This document shows, in pieces, positions 37,617 to 47,017 of a DNA stretch of 64,000 bases. How positions within the stretch are numbered: the stretch's first letter is position 1; each line of letters opens with the position of its first letter. The notes under the pieces are model-generated. The model saw only the letters and a list, made by a program, of their open reading frames with translations. It was not told where the DNA came from and did not search any database. The stretch spans positions 89,527-153,526 of the forward strand of contig JAYNIM010000001.1 in assembly GCA_038109055.1 (NCBI GenBank). The letters are read 5' to 3'. This DNA is from a bacterium. GTDB taxonomy: Bacteria > Margulisbacteria > Marinamargulisbacteria > GCA-2716485 > JAYNIM01. The position numbers were made by a program, and so were the translations under genes.

Positions 37617-39143
37617 TCGTTTATTGAGCCACGTTTTTTTATTCTTTTTTTGTTGAATATAACCAAGATAGGCATTGTTTATTTCTGGATAGTCGCTGCG
37701 ATAATGGGTGCCACGGCTTTCTTGTCTGATCAAAGCAGATTCGCAGATGAGTTTTGATAGCTCAAGGTAAACCTTTGTGTTGAATGACGTGTGTATAGAG
37801 TTGGGGAAAGTGTCGAGTTTGTTTTGAAGTGTGCTTAGACTTTTTTTATCTTTGAAAAGGCCGTTATATGTCCAATTTAGGTTTTTTATTTCTTTGATTA
37901 TGTCTGCTTGATCTGTGTGTGTGTGGCGTGTTTTGGCTGATCTGAGTGAAGGATTGATGGGGCTGTGATTATTTTTGATAATATGTTCACTGGCTTGTTT
38001 TGCAAATACGATTCCTTCTAAAAGTGAATTTGAGGCTAGGCGATTAGCTCCGTGCACTCGGGTCGAGGCGCATTCACCGATGGCGTATAGATTTTTTATA
38101 TTGGTATTTGCGTGGGTGTCTGTTTTGATGCCCCCGATGCTGTAATGGGCGGCAGGGTGGATGGGTAATAGGTCTTTTTCTAATGTGTAACCGTGTTTTT
38201 TGGCGTTTTTATAAAAATTTGGAAAACGCTTTTCTAGGTTTTTTAGATGTCGAGTATCTAGTACTATGGGGCCATTATGTTTAGATTCTATTGCGATAGC
38301 TCTGGAGAGGACGTCTCTGGGGCCTAGTTCTTCTTGGAGGGTGTAATTTTTTAAAAATTGTTTTCCTTGTCTGTTTCTAATAATACCGCCTGCACCTCGT
38401 ATGACTTCTGATATTAAAAAAGGCTTGTCTTCTTCTGTTTCTAAATAGACTGTGGGGTGAAATTGTGTGAATTCTAAATTTTCTAGTATGGCACCCGCTT
38501 GATAGGCTAAGTAAATACCGTCCCCTTGGAGATCGCTAGGGGTACTACTGTATTTATAGAGTTGACTGTAACCACCTGTGGCTAAAATGGTATGGTTGGC
38601 AGATAGTTGGAGGCGAGAGTGTGATTTTGTGTGTGAGGCTATGATCCCCTGACATTGGTTGTTGTTGATGCATAAGTTTGTGACTTGGTAATGGTCATAA
38701 AGGGTGATATTGGGCTTTTTACTAAAATTTTTGTCTAGAGCCTCTTTGATTGAGGCACCTGTTTTATCTTTGTAATGGATAATGCGAGCTTTGCTATGGC
38801 CTGCTTCTAGTGCTAAGGTGAGATTGTTTTTTTCTGATGTGTCTAATTGAACGTTGATGTCTCTTAAAAATTCCAGTGCAGAGGGACTTTCTGAGATCAT
38901 TAATTGAACCTGTTTTTCATCGCACAGATTACGACCTACATTGAGGGTGTCTTGTATATGCAGATTTATTTCGTCTTTATTTTTAGTTGAAATAGCCATG
39001 CCACCCTGTGCCCATGAAGTGGCTGTTTTGTTTAGATCGTTTTTGCAAATGACTGCGATATTGAATTTTGCATCTGCTAAGGTGAGTGCTGCACAGAGTC
39101 CTGAAATTCCGGCACCAATGATGATGACATCCACATGTTTCAT
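37608..39143 (-). CDS. nadB: L-aspartate oxidase
   Basis: DVIIIGAGISGLCAAL, WAQGGMA, FHPT, GLYAIGECA.TRVHGANRLASNSLLE, ESRGTHYR. Confidence 0.92.
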   Translation of the reverse strand: MKHVDVIIIGAGISGLCAALTLADAKFNIAVICKNDLNKTATSWAQGGMAISTKNKDEINLHIQDTLNVGRNLCDEKQVQLMISESPSALEFLRDINVQLDTSEKNNLTLALEAGHSKARIIHYKDKTGASIKEALDKNFSKKPNITLYDHYQVTNLCINNNQCQGIIASHTKSHSRLQLSANHTILATGGYSQLYKYSSTPSDLQGDGIYLAYQAGAILENLEFTQFHPTVYLETEEDKPFLISEVIRGAGGIIRNRQGKQFLKNYTLQEELGPRDVLSRAIAIESKHNGPIVLDTRHLKNLEKRFPNFYKNAKKHGYTLEKDLLPIHPAAHYSIGGIKTDTHANTNIKNLYAIGECASTRVHGANRLASNSLLEGIVFAKQASEHIIKNNHSPINPSLRSAKTRHTHTDQADIIKEIKNLNWTYNGLFKDKKSLSTLQNKLDTFPNSIHTSFNTKVYLELSKLICESALIRQESRGTHYRSDYPEINNAYLGYIQQKKNKKTWLNKRLT

Positions 39144-39145
39144 GA

Positions 39146-40723
39146 TTAATACGTTTTTTTCGCGATGGGAATTCGTCGGCCGCTACCAAATGCTTTTGAT
39201 GACACACGAAGTATGAGGGGGGCTTGTTGACGTTTATATTCAGATTGTTGTGTTTTTACGATGAGAAATGGATCGGAGGTGCGGTCTGTTTGTCTTGTTT
39301 CAACTAAATCTTCCAGTTGTTTGTCGATCTCGTTGTAGGAGGGGAGGGAATCTTGATCTTTTTGATTTGGACGTAGCTCTGCACTAGGTGCTTTGTTGAG
39401 GATGCGATTGGGGATGCAGTTGGGGTATTTTTTGTTTAGTTGTGTCGCTAATGCGTATACCTGTGTTTTGCTTAGGTCTCCAATGGGACTGAGTGCTCCA
39501 CATAAATCTCCGTATAATGTTGTGTAACCTAAGCATAGTTCGCTTTTGTTTCCGGTACTCACCACTAAGGCGTTGTTTTCATTAGCAAGCGCCATTAAAA
39601 GGGTGCCTCTGATTCGTGCTTGTATATTTTCTTGTGTTAGCGTTATTTTTGTTTGATTTATTGTTTCGTTGAGTGTTTCTTTAAATTGTTCGTATAGAGG
39701 AGTGATTGATAGAGAATGTAGGTTTTTTCCGACTAGTTTCTCTGCATCTTCTATACTTTCTTTAGAGGTATAAGGGGAGGGGAGCATACAGGGGATAATG
39801 GCCTCTTTTGTTAATGCTAAACAACATAGTACGTAGGTGAGTGCTGAATCAATCCCTCCAGATATGCCAATAACCGCCTTGGAAAAGCCTGTTTTTTTAA
39901 AATAATCTTGAATTCCTAAGGTTAAGGCAGCTTCTAGGTTGTCCATGGCGGAAAAATGTAAACAGGGTAGCTGTGTTGGTTTTGTTTTCAAGTTTATGGT
40001 TTTTATGGCAGATTGAAAGCCTGGAAGCAGAGTGTGGCATTCTTGATCTTGATTCATATAAAAGCTATGACCGTCAAAAATGATGGCATCGTTGGTACCG
40101 ACTTGATTGACACATACTAAGGGGAGTTTATATTTTTTTGTTATTCTTTTTGCTTTTTGTAGGCGTTTTTCTACTTTTTTTTCTTCGAATGGGGAGGCTG
40201 AAATATTGATCAGAATGCTAGCGTTTTTTTTGATTAGGTGGGGGATGGGGGAGAGGTGATCCTCCGTTGTCCATAAATCTTCGCATATTGTGATTCCTAA
40301 TGTTTCATTTTTGAATGAAAAGGTCTCATGTTGTGTGTTTTCAGAGAAATAACGTTTTTCGTCAAAAATGTCATTATTAGGTAGCAATGTTTTTCGTTTG
40401 TTAAAGAGTTGTTTGCCTTCAAATAGGAATAAAGCACTGTTGAAGAGTTGGCTGTTTGTTTCTTCTACGTATCCGATGAGTAAAGCAATATTTTTGCATG
40501 ATTGACTAAGTTGGAAGAGTTGGGTAATAAATTTTTTGTGTAAATTTAGGAAATGGTGATCAAATAAAAGATCTTGGGGAGGGTAACCTGTACTGAAGAG
40601 TTCGGGAAATATAATGAGGTCACTTTTGTCTTTTTTAGCGTGATTGATTGCTTTTTTGATCTCCTCTAGGTTGCCTTCGAAGTCAGCTATGGTAGGATTA
40701 CATTGTGCTAGTGTTATTTTCAT
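39146..40723 (-). CDS. nadE: glutamine-dependent NAD+ synthetase
   Basis: N-terminal CN-hydrolase domain (FPELFSTGYPPQDL, ICEDLW). C-terminal NAD synthase domain (ISGGIDSAL, STGNKSELCLGYTTLYGD). 2-nt gap to nadB. Confidence 0.9.
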   Translation of the reverse strand: MKITLAQCNPTIADFEGNLEEIKKAINHAKKDKSDLIIFPELFSTGYPPQDLLFDHHFLNLHKKFITQLFQLSQSCKNIALLIGYVEETNSQLFNSALFLFEGKQLFNKRKTLLPNNDIFDEKRYFSENTQHETFSFKNETLGITICEDLWTTEDHLSPIPHLIKKNASILINISASPFEEKKVEKRLQKAKRITKKYKLPLVCVNQVGTNDAIIFDGHSFYMNQDQECHTLLPGFQSAIKTINLKTKPTQLPCLHFSAMDNLEAALTLGIQDYFKKTGFSKAVIGISGGIDSALTYVLCCLALTKEAIIPCMLPSPYTSKESIEDAEKLVGKNLHSLSITPLYEQFKETLNETINQTKITLTQENIQARIRGTLLMALANENNALVVSTGNKSELCLGYTTLYGDLCGALSPIGDLSKTQVYALATQLNKKYPNCIPNRILNKAPSAELRPNQKDQDSLPSYNEIDKQLEDLVETRQTDRTSDPFLIVKTQQSEYKRQQAPLILRVSSKAFGSGRRIPIAKKTY

Positions 40724-41802
40724 GGACTAATTTTATACGAAAGCACTTTGTTTGGCCAAGCTTGTTTGTGTGTGGACTTAGTTTTTTTTCTGTGTCGTCT
40801 TTTCTCTATTCTTTTGATGAAAGGTATTGGCAGAAAGAGCTACCGAAACTGTTCGTGGTTGCCAGCTCTCAGCGCTCACCTTTAGCCGACATTAATGTGT
40901 GGATTAAATCGCATAATGTTGCGGGTGTTTTTTTATTGGGGTCGTCATTTTCTAAGGCGTCACATGTGAAATCCTATGTTGATTTTTTGCAGCAGGGGCG
41001 TGAGCTACCGTTATTGGTGGGAGTTGATCAAGAAGGGGGCCGGGTGCGGCGTATTAAACGAGGTATTTTGAGCTTAGATGCGGCGGCTGTTTATGGAGAG
41101 TCGTTTTCTGCAGGATATATGTATCGTCTGGGTAAACAATTAGGAGATGAGTTGCAGGCTTTGGGAGTTAATCTATGTTTGGGACCTAGTTATGATGTTG
41201 ATTTTTCTGATTCAGCTAAGATTATTGGTGATCGCAGTTATTCAAGTAATCCCTATGTGGTAGCTAAATTTGCTTCTGCCTTTACCTTAGGATTGCAATC
41301 GTCAGGTGTTTATAGTGTTGCGAAACATTTTCCAGGTCATGGAGGCACATCTACGGATTCACATCTTTCCTTACCCACGTTGGATGTTTCGTTGGCTGAG
41401 TTGTGGCATGATGATTTACTTCCTTTTCGTTATGCTATCCGACATGATGTTTCGATGGTGATGATTGGGCATTTGTTTTTTCCACAGATTGATGTGTCAT
41501 ATCCAGCGTCTATGTCTTCGTTTTTTATTGAAGATGTATTAAGAATTCGTATGGGATTTCAGGGAGTAGTGATGACGGATGATTTGAATATGAAGGCGAT
41601 TACGCAACGTTATTCCATAGAGGAGGCTTGCTTGCGCTCTTTACAGGCAGGTGTTGATCTTTTATTGATTTCTCAAAATTCGTTCGTGTTAGACCGTTGT
41701 GTAGAGTATTTGCTGGAGGCTATGAGGCAAGGGCAGCTTTCTGAAGAACTTTTACGTAGTAAAATACATCGTGTTCAATTTTTTCAAACAGCTAGGAGGT
41801 AA
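40705..41802 (+). CDS. nagZ: GH3 beta-N-acetylhexosaminidase (NagZ-like) with an N-terminal membrane anchor
   Basis: VGVDQEGGRVRR, KHFPGHGGTSTDSH, VMTDDLNM. The GTG start at 40705 would overlap the divergent nadE start by 19 nt, so the start is uncertain. Confidence 0.8.
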   Translation: MLVLFSWTNFIRKHFVWPSLFVCGLSFFSVSSFLYSFDERYWQKELPKLFVVASSQRSPLADINVWIKSHNVAGVFLLGSSFSKASHVKSYVDFLQQGRELPLLVGVDQEGGRVRRIKRGILSLDAAAVYGESFSAGYMYRLGKQLGDELQALGVNLCLGPSYDVDFSDSAKIIGDRSYSSNPYVVAKFASAFTLGLQSSGVYSVAKHFPGHGGTSTDSHLSLPTLDVSLAELWHDDLLPFRYAIRHDVSMVMIGHLFFPQIDVSYPASMSSFFIEDVLRIRMGFQGVVMTDDLNMKAITQRYSIEEACLRSLQAGVDLLLISQNSFVLDRCVEYLLEAMRQGQLSEELLRSKIHRVQFFQTARR

Positions 41803-41856
41803 TTTTGTTTTTTTTTGTTATAATTGACTTTAAGTCCTTTATTTTATTGATTTCTT

Positions 41857-42606
41857 ATGACTAATTATTTTTATACCTTGCTTGATTCTTTTGGATCGTT
41901 TATCTTGTTTTCTTTACGTGTTGTGAAGGGGGTGTTTGAGCGCCTTTTTGATTGGGATCGTGTGTTTGATGAAATGTATCGTTTGGGTGTTCAAACCTTG
42001 CCTGTTGCGTGTTTGACTCTCCTTTTTGTGGGCATGGCGTTTACGTTTCAAATTATTCAGGAATTTATTAAATTTGGGGCAACAAAATTGATTGGGGGTG
42101 TGGTTATTTTAGCGATTGTGCGTGAATTGTCCCCCTTATTGTTAGGCGTAGTTGCTAGTGGTCGTATTGCGGCATCTATTGCAGCTGAATTGGGGAGTAT
42201 GAGTGTTACGGATCAGATGGATGCCTTGAAGTTATTGGGTAAAAACCCTGTTTCTTTTTTGGTGCCACCTAAGTTGGTAGGAGTGGCCCTTATGTTACCT
42301 TTGTTGGTTTGTTTATGTCATTTTTTGGGGTTTTTAGGAGGTTTTTTGATTGTTTTTTCTAGTAATAGAATTAATCCTTTTAGTTATTTTCAATCTGCTC
42401 AGGTGATGTTAAGTTTTCATGATATTTTTAGTAGTTTGATTAAAGTTTTTTGTTTTGCGATTGTGATTGTTTTAGTGAGCAGTTATTTTGGATTAGCTTG
42501 TAAAGAGGGCGCTGCGAGTGTCGGAAAAAATACAACAAGAGCGGTGGTAGTTTCGTTGGTTTGTGTGTTTATTTTAAATTATTTTTTATCTAATTTATTG
42601 TTTTAG
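41857..42606 (+). CDS. mlaE: MlaE-family ABC transporter permease
   Basis: LGVQTLPVACLTLLFVGMAFTFQ, REL.PLL..VV.SGRIAASIAAELGSM.VT.Q.DAL. Typical of MlaE/YrbE. Confidence 0.82.
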   Translation: MTNYFYTLLDSFGSFILFSLRVVKGVFERLFDWDRVFDEMYRLGVQTLPVACLTLLFVGMAFTFQIIQEFIKFGATKLIGGVVILAIVRELSPLLLGVVASGRIAASIAAELGSMSVTDQMDALKLLGKNPVSFLVPPKLVGVALMLPLLVCLCHFLGFLGGFLIVFSSNRINPFSYFQSAQVMLSFHDIFSSLIKVFCFAIVIVLVSSYFGLACKEGAASVGKNTTRAVVVSLVCVFILNYFLSNLLF

Positions 42607-42608
42607 AT

Positions 42609-43343
42609 ATGATTTCTATAAATAATTTGTATAAAAGGTTTGATCAGAAGGTTGTTGTGGATGATCTTACTTTGACGGTTGATTCTGGTGATCGAGTGGC
42701 GATTATTGGCCCTTCTGGCTGTGGTAAAAGTACCTTGCTTAAATTAATTACGGGCTTGGTACCTTTGGATCGTGGTAGGGTTGTCTTAAATTCGCAAACA
42801 TTAACGGTGGATGATTATGGCGATGTTCCCAGTACTTTTTTGGAGCAATTAGGTTTTTTGTTTCAATCTTCGGCCTTATTTGATTCGATGACGGTTAAGG
42901 AAAATGTGGCCTTTTATCATCGAGAAACATTGCAAGAACAGGATGAGTCTCTGATTAATCGTGTTGTGAGGGATAAATTGGCTATGGTGGATATGGCGGG
43001 GTATGAAAATGAAATGCCTTCATCATTGTCAGGAGGGCAGTGTAAACGTATAGCTTTAGCAAGAGCTTTGGCTAAAGACCCTAAAATAATGTTGTATGAT
43101 GAGCCGACCACAGGCTTGGATCCTTTTTTGTCTAATAATATCGAAAATTTGATTGTTGATTTATCTGACACCTTGAAAGTAACGTCTCTGATTATTACGC
43201 ATCAGCATTCTACTATTTTTCGTACCGCCAAAAAAATATATTATATGGATGATGGTAAGCTGATTGGGCCTGAAACACCGGAGTCTATTCTTTTGAGTAC
43301 ACATCCTAAAATTAGGGAATTTTTTTCTGCGGAGGTAAAATAG
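42609..43343 (+). CDS. mlaF: MlaF-like ABC transporter ATP-binding protein
   Basis: GPSGCGKST, LSGGQCKRIALARALA, MLYDEPTTGLDP, ITHQ. Confidence 0.85.
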   Translation: MISINNLYKRFDQKVVVDDLTLTVDSGDRVAIIGPSGCGKSTLLKLITGLVPLDRGRVVLNSQTLTVDDYGDVPSTFLEQLGFLFQSSALFDSMTVKENVAFYHRETLQEQDESLINRVVRDKLAMVDMAGYENEMPSSLSGGQCKRIALARALAKDPKIMLYDEPTTGLDPFLSNNIENLIVDLSDTLKVTSLIITHQHSTIFRTAKKIYYMDDGKLIGPETPESILLSTHPKIREFFSAEVK

Positions 43344-43347
43344 ATAT

Positions 43348-44652
43348 ATGAAATCTCAAAATCGTTTTGTTGTGGGCTTTGTATCATTGGCTATACTCGT
43401 GATGCTTTCATTGGTGGTTTTATGGAAGGGCCATTTTCAGGTGCGTCAGTCAGGATATATATTGACCTGTAAATTTAAGAATGTTTCTGGCTTGCTTAAA
43501 GGATCAGATGTTCGTTATCGAGGTTATAAGGTCGGAGCTGTCTTGGATGTGATTCCCAGTGCTGAGGATATCCGTGTTACTTTTATGGTTAAAAAGGGCG
43601 TTTATATTCCTAAAGGCTCTAAATTAACGGTTAAATTTGATGGTATAGTGGGTCAAACATATTTGTTTATTGATCCTAATGAATTGTCTGATGTTATGCA
43701 TAGAGCAGGGGATGTGTTGAGTGGCAGTCATTCGTCGGATTTGTCCTTGTTTTTGGATGCAGGATCTAAAGGTCTTGTTCAAGCGGAAGAAATTTTACAG
43801 CGATTAAATATACTTTTTAATTCAAAAGATGTTCAAGCTAAATTGGCCAATATCTTAGATAATTTTAATGAGATTTCAAATGGAGCGTCTGAGTTTTTTA
43901 AAGTGTTTGGGGATTCCTCTAATAAGGAAGCTATTTCTGAGATGCTGGGGCATCTTCAAAATGTGAGCTATCGTTTAGATAAAGTGACTGAAGTATTATT
44001 GGATGGTGAGGGATCAGAGTCAGATTTGCTTGCCTTTAAAACGGATGTTCTGGCAGCATTTGCTAATGTTAATCGTGTGAGTAAACGCCTTGATGGTTTG
44101 GTTTCTGATCATAATATCGATCATCTTTCAAATGTCTTGTCTAATGCGAGTGAGGTCTCCGATGAATTAAAGTCTTTACTTGTGGATACGGAGGCAGCTG
44201 TGGGTGAGGATCGTTCGTTAGGGTTTAGGTTTATACGGACGTTGTCTAAACTTGATTTTGATGCTGAGACGCGTATTTTTCAGGCGAATGTTGAGGAGGT
44301 TGCTTTTTATCAAGCAGATGTTTATTTAAATATGGATCATCGTTTTTTTAGAATTGGTTTTGGTGATCGTTATGGTAAGACAAAGTTTTTACATTTTCAG
44401 CAGGGGCTATCTTTAAGTTCTTCTTTTGATGTTCGTTTAGGCTTGTATAATGAGCTTCCTAGTTTTGGAATGGATTATTCCTGGAGGCGCAGCTCGTTTA
44501 ATATTGACTTGTATGATTTAAATGACTTGAAATACCAATTGTTGACCTCCTTTCGTATAGGAAGACATGTGTCTGTATTTGCGGGCGGTGGTAGTAGTAT
44601 TAACCCTTTATTATCTGATAATGTGCTGGCTGGAATGGCCTTGAGATTTTAA
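43348..44652 (+). CDS. mlaD: MCE-domain (MlaD-like) protein with a long helical region and a beta-rich C-terminus ending in Phe
   Basis: N-terminal TM plus MCE core (GLLKGSDVRYRGYKVGAVLDV...GIVGQTYLFIDP). About 160 aa of helical sequence follows, then alternating-pattern sequence ending ...LAGMALRF. 434 aa. Confidence 0.7.
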   Translation: MKSQNRFVVGFVSLAILVMLSLVVLWKGHFQVRQSGYILTCKFKNVSGLLKGSDVRYRGYKVGAVLDVIPSAEDIRVTFMVKKGVYIPKGSKLTVKFDGIVGQTYLFIDPNELSDVMHRAGDVLSGSHSSDLSLFLDAGSKGLVQAEEILQRLNILFNSKDVQAKLANILDNFNEISNGASEFFKVFGDSSNKEAISEMLGHLQNVSYRLDKVTEVLLDGEGSESDLLAFKTDVLAAFANVNRVSKRLDGLVSDHNIDHLSNVLSNASEVSDELKSLLVDTEAAVGEDRSLGFRFIRTLSKLDFDAETRIFQANVEEVAFYQADVYLNMDHRFFRIGFGDRYGKTKFLHFQQGLSLSSSFDVRLGLYNELPSFGMDYSWRRSSFNIDLYDLNDLKYQLLTSFRIGRHVSVFAGGGSSINPLLSDNVLAGMALRF

Positions 44653-44747
44653 TTTTTTTTCACTCCCCTGTTACTGTATTGTACATAATATATATTATGC
44701 GACATTGTAATGAGGGTTATGTTGTAATATCTAGGTCAATTATTGTT

Positions 44748-46793
44748 TTAGCTGTAACCGGCTCTTTCAATTCCTTCTAGTATAGTTATTAACTCATTTC
44801 TGGTTACTGTTGTTATCTCCCAAGTTGGTAAATTTAATACTTTTATTTCTAGCCTGTATAGATACGGGTTTTGACTGTCTTGTGTGTACTTAATAATAGG
44901 ACCTTGTTGTCTTTGGTCGTCCCTTAGGACATTTATTGCCTTTGTCAGTAATTTTTGTATATCATGTTCTGTATTATTAGGTCCTTGTGCTATGGTGCTT
45001 AGTTCAGTTTTTAATCTCTGCAATACATCTTCTCTTGTTTCTTCACTTGCATGTTTGGGTAGACTAACGCCTCTATTTTTACGAAATGGGTCTCCCATCG
45101 GTGTATGGAGATGACTTTTTAGCCCGACTCCTTTAACGCGTTCCGGTGTGTCACTTGACTCTAGTCTAAAACCTGACATTTTTGCCGTGCCATCTGCACA
45201 TTGCTCTTTGGTTTCTTTATTTGTTGAACCTATTTCGTATGTTCCTGCTAATAATGTAGTTAAATCATCTGTATAACTTTGTTTAGCCGTGCTTAAGGCT
45301 GATTTAGCATTAGGTAATCTGGCTTGGTATGTCTCTATACTAGCTATTAGACAATCTATTTCTATTGCTATCCTTTCACTTAGTTCTATTAGTCTTTCTT
45401 CAGTTAAGGGGGAGCCTTCCCTAAGTAGCGTGTGTAAGTGTGTCTTACTATAAATGTCTACTAAGGTTGTTTTATCTGGGAAAGTTTCAATTGTCTCTAT
45501 TGCTATTTCTAGCATGTCTTTTGTTGTTAATTGATAACCGTTATCACCTGATTCTCTATATTCAGTCTCATATTCACGTCTAAGTTCATGCAATAAATCG
45601 AGTTTTTCTTGTGATGCATCGTTTTTATTAAGGCCCTTGGTTCTATATTTAGGTTCTGTAGCTTCTCTTACCCTTTGTTTCTCTTCGGGAGTGAGACTGG
45701 GGTTGGTTTTTAACTCTTTCAACCTGTGTACTACTTTCCATTCACTAGCTTCTTTTGCTAGCATGTCAATGTTTTTTTTGTAAAAAGGAGTTGTTATTCC
45801 AGCTGCACCTATATATTGACCGTCCATTTTTACTGTGAGATTTTCACCCATTATCCAGTCAGTTAAATCCCAATCCTCTAGTCCCCCTATATGGCCATTG
45901 AAAAAGACATTTCCTATTAGTGCTCTAAATAACTCTTTTTTTTGGTTACCATTTAATTTTTCTACTAATGGGTCAAAATCATCGACTTCGCCTCCACGAT
46001 CCCTGCCGCGATATTCTTCTGTTTTACCTCGACTAGTAGGAAATGCGTCTGGTTCATAAAGATCTCCAAGAATTCCGACTAGGTTTCCATCTGAATCTGT
46101 AGTTAGATCTCCCCATACCTTTGTCGTACCTTTCAGTGCGGGTTCTAGTTGTTTTTCTATATGATCTTTTGCGTCTCCACTAAAGCGTACGTTTATAATG
46201 TTTCTAGTTGGATCTTGCAATCGCTTTGTGAGTTCGTGGTTTTCTACTCGTGCAAATTTTACTCTTACCGGTGTATCGGCTTTTAGATTGTCAGGGTTTA
46301 AAAATGTACCTGGGTTTTTGGCATGTTGTTCTGTTAAGAAGCTTCTATACACGTGTTTTGTGTCTTCATCAAGTAGTCGAAACTCTATATCTATAGCTCG
46401 TTGTGCTCTGCCATAGCCCTCCGTCGAGTGTAGTCCATCTATACGTTCAATGTTTTGTGTCGTTGTACGTATCCTTGTTTTCGCGGCAACTCCTAGAGCC
46501 TCCATTGAGTTTGCTTTAGCTTCTGCTTCTTTTAGATCGACTATGCGTATACCCTTGCTGTCTATTTGTGCGGCTCCACCTGTTATTAATGGTGCTGTTC
46601 CTCCTGTTAATGTTCTTTGTCCGGTTAGAGCTGGTGGTTGTGGGGGATGCGCTGGTGGTTGTGGGGGCGAGAATGCTGCTGCTGCGTTTGTTCCTACTGC
46701 TACTATTGCTGCCATTTGTGCCATTTCATAGTAGCCAGAGGTTAAAGCCACTAGGGCTATAGCTCCAAAAACAATGGCTCTTGTACTAGGCAC
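44748..46793 (-). CDS. hypothetical large protein (681 aa) with an N-terminal Ala-rich hydrophobic module and a Pro-rich linker; effector-like
   Basis: GTG start 6 nt after AAGGAG. N-terminus AIVFGAIALVALTSGYYEMAQMAAIVAVGTNAAAAF, then PPQPPAHPPQPPA. The rest has ordinary E/K/T/G/L/D-rich composition, unlike every other minus-strand protein here. No domain recognised. Confidence 0.7.
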   Translation of the reverse strand: MPSTRAIVFGAIALVALTSGYYEMAQMAAIVAVGTNAAAAFSPPQPPAHPPQPPALTGQRTLTGGTAPLITGGAAQIDSKGIRIVDLKEAEAKANSMEALGVAAKTRIRTTTQNIERIDGLHSTEGYGRAQRAIDIEFRLLDEDTKHVYRSFLTEQHAKNPGTFLNPDNLKADTPVRVKFARVENHELTKRLQDPTRNIINVRFSGDAKDHIEKQLEPALKGTTKVWGDLTTDSDGNLVGILGDLYEPDAFPTSRGKTEEYRGRDRGGEVDDFDPLVEKLNGNQKKELFRALIGNVFFNGHIGGLEDWDLTDWIMGENLTVKMDGQYIGAAGITTPFYKKNIDMLAKEASEWKVVHRLKELKTNPSLTPEEKQRVREATEPKYRTKGLNKNDASQEKLDLLHELRREYETEYRESGDNGYQLTTKDMLEIAIETIETFPDKTTLVDIYSKTHLHTLLREGSPLTEERLIELSERIAIEIDCLIASIETYQARLPNAKSALSTAKQSYTDDLTTLLAGTYEIGSTNKETKEQCADGTAKMSGFRLESSDTPERVKGVGLKSHLHTPMGDPFRKNRGVSLPKHASEETREDVLQRLKTELSTIAQGPNNTEHDIQKLLTKAINVLRDDQRQQGPIIKYTQDSQNPYLYRLEIKVLNLPTWEITTVTRNELITILEGIERAGYS
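46630..46667 (-). repeat. 21-bp tandem duplication inside the CDS, encoding PPQPPA(H/L)
   Basis: gctggtggttgtggggg occurs at 46630-46646 and again at 46651-46667 (+ strand text), separated by atgc. Confidence 0.9.
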
Positions 46794-47017
46794 TTGTCAC
46801 TCCTTTTTAGGTTATTGAGGATTTTTTTTTGTAATTTCTTAATAAATTTGTTCCCTATATAGGGTATGCCCTCATAAACATAAAATTAAACATCACTTAA
46901 TACAAAGGCGTTATCTATGATTGAACATTATTCGTGCGTATGTGGATATGTAAGTGTTTACATATTTTTTTGGGTATGTTTTAGTATCTTTGATAAATAG
47001 TTTTTGAGAGGTTGTTG

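Noticed and set aside
46450-46762. Plus-strand ORFs inside the 681-aa gene (44884-45114, 45835-46059, 46198-46416, 46450-46731, 46568-46762). These could suggest the gene is on the other strand.
   Set aside because: The minus-strand frame is a single uninterrupted 681-codon ORF with a good SD and GTG start. The + strand pieces are short, fragmented across frames and low-complexity.
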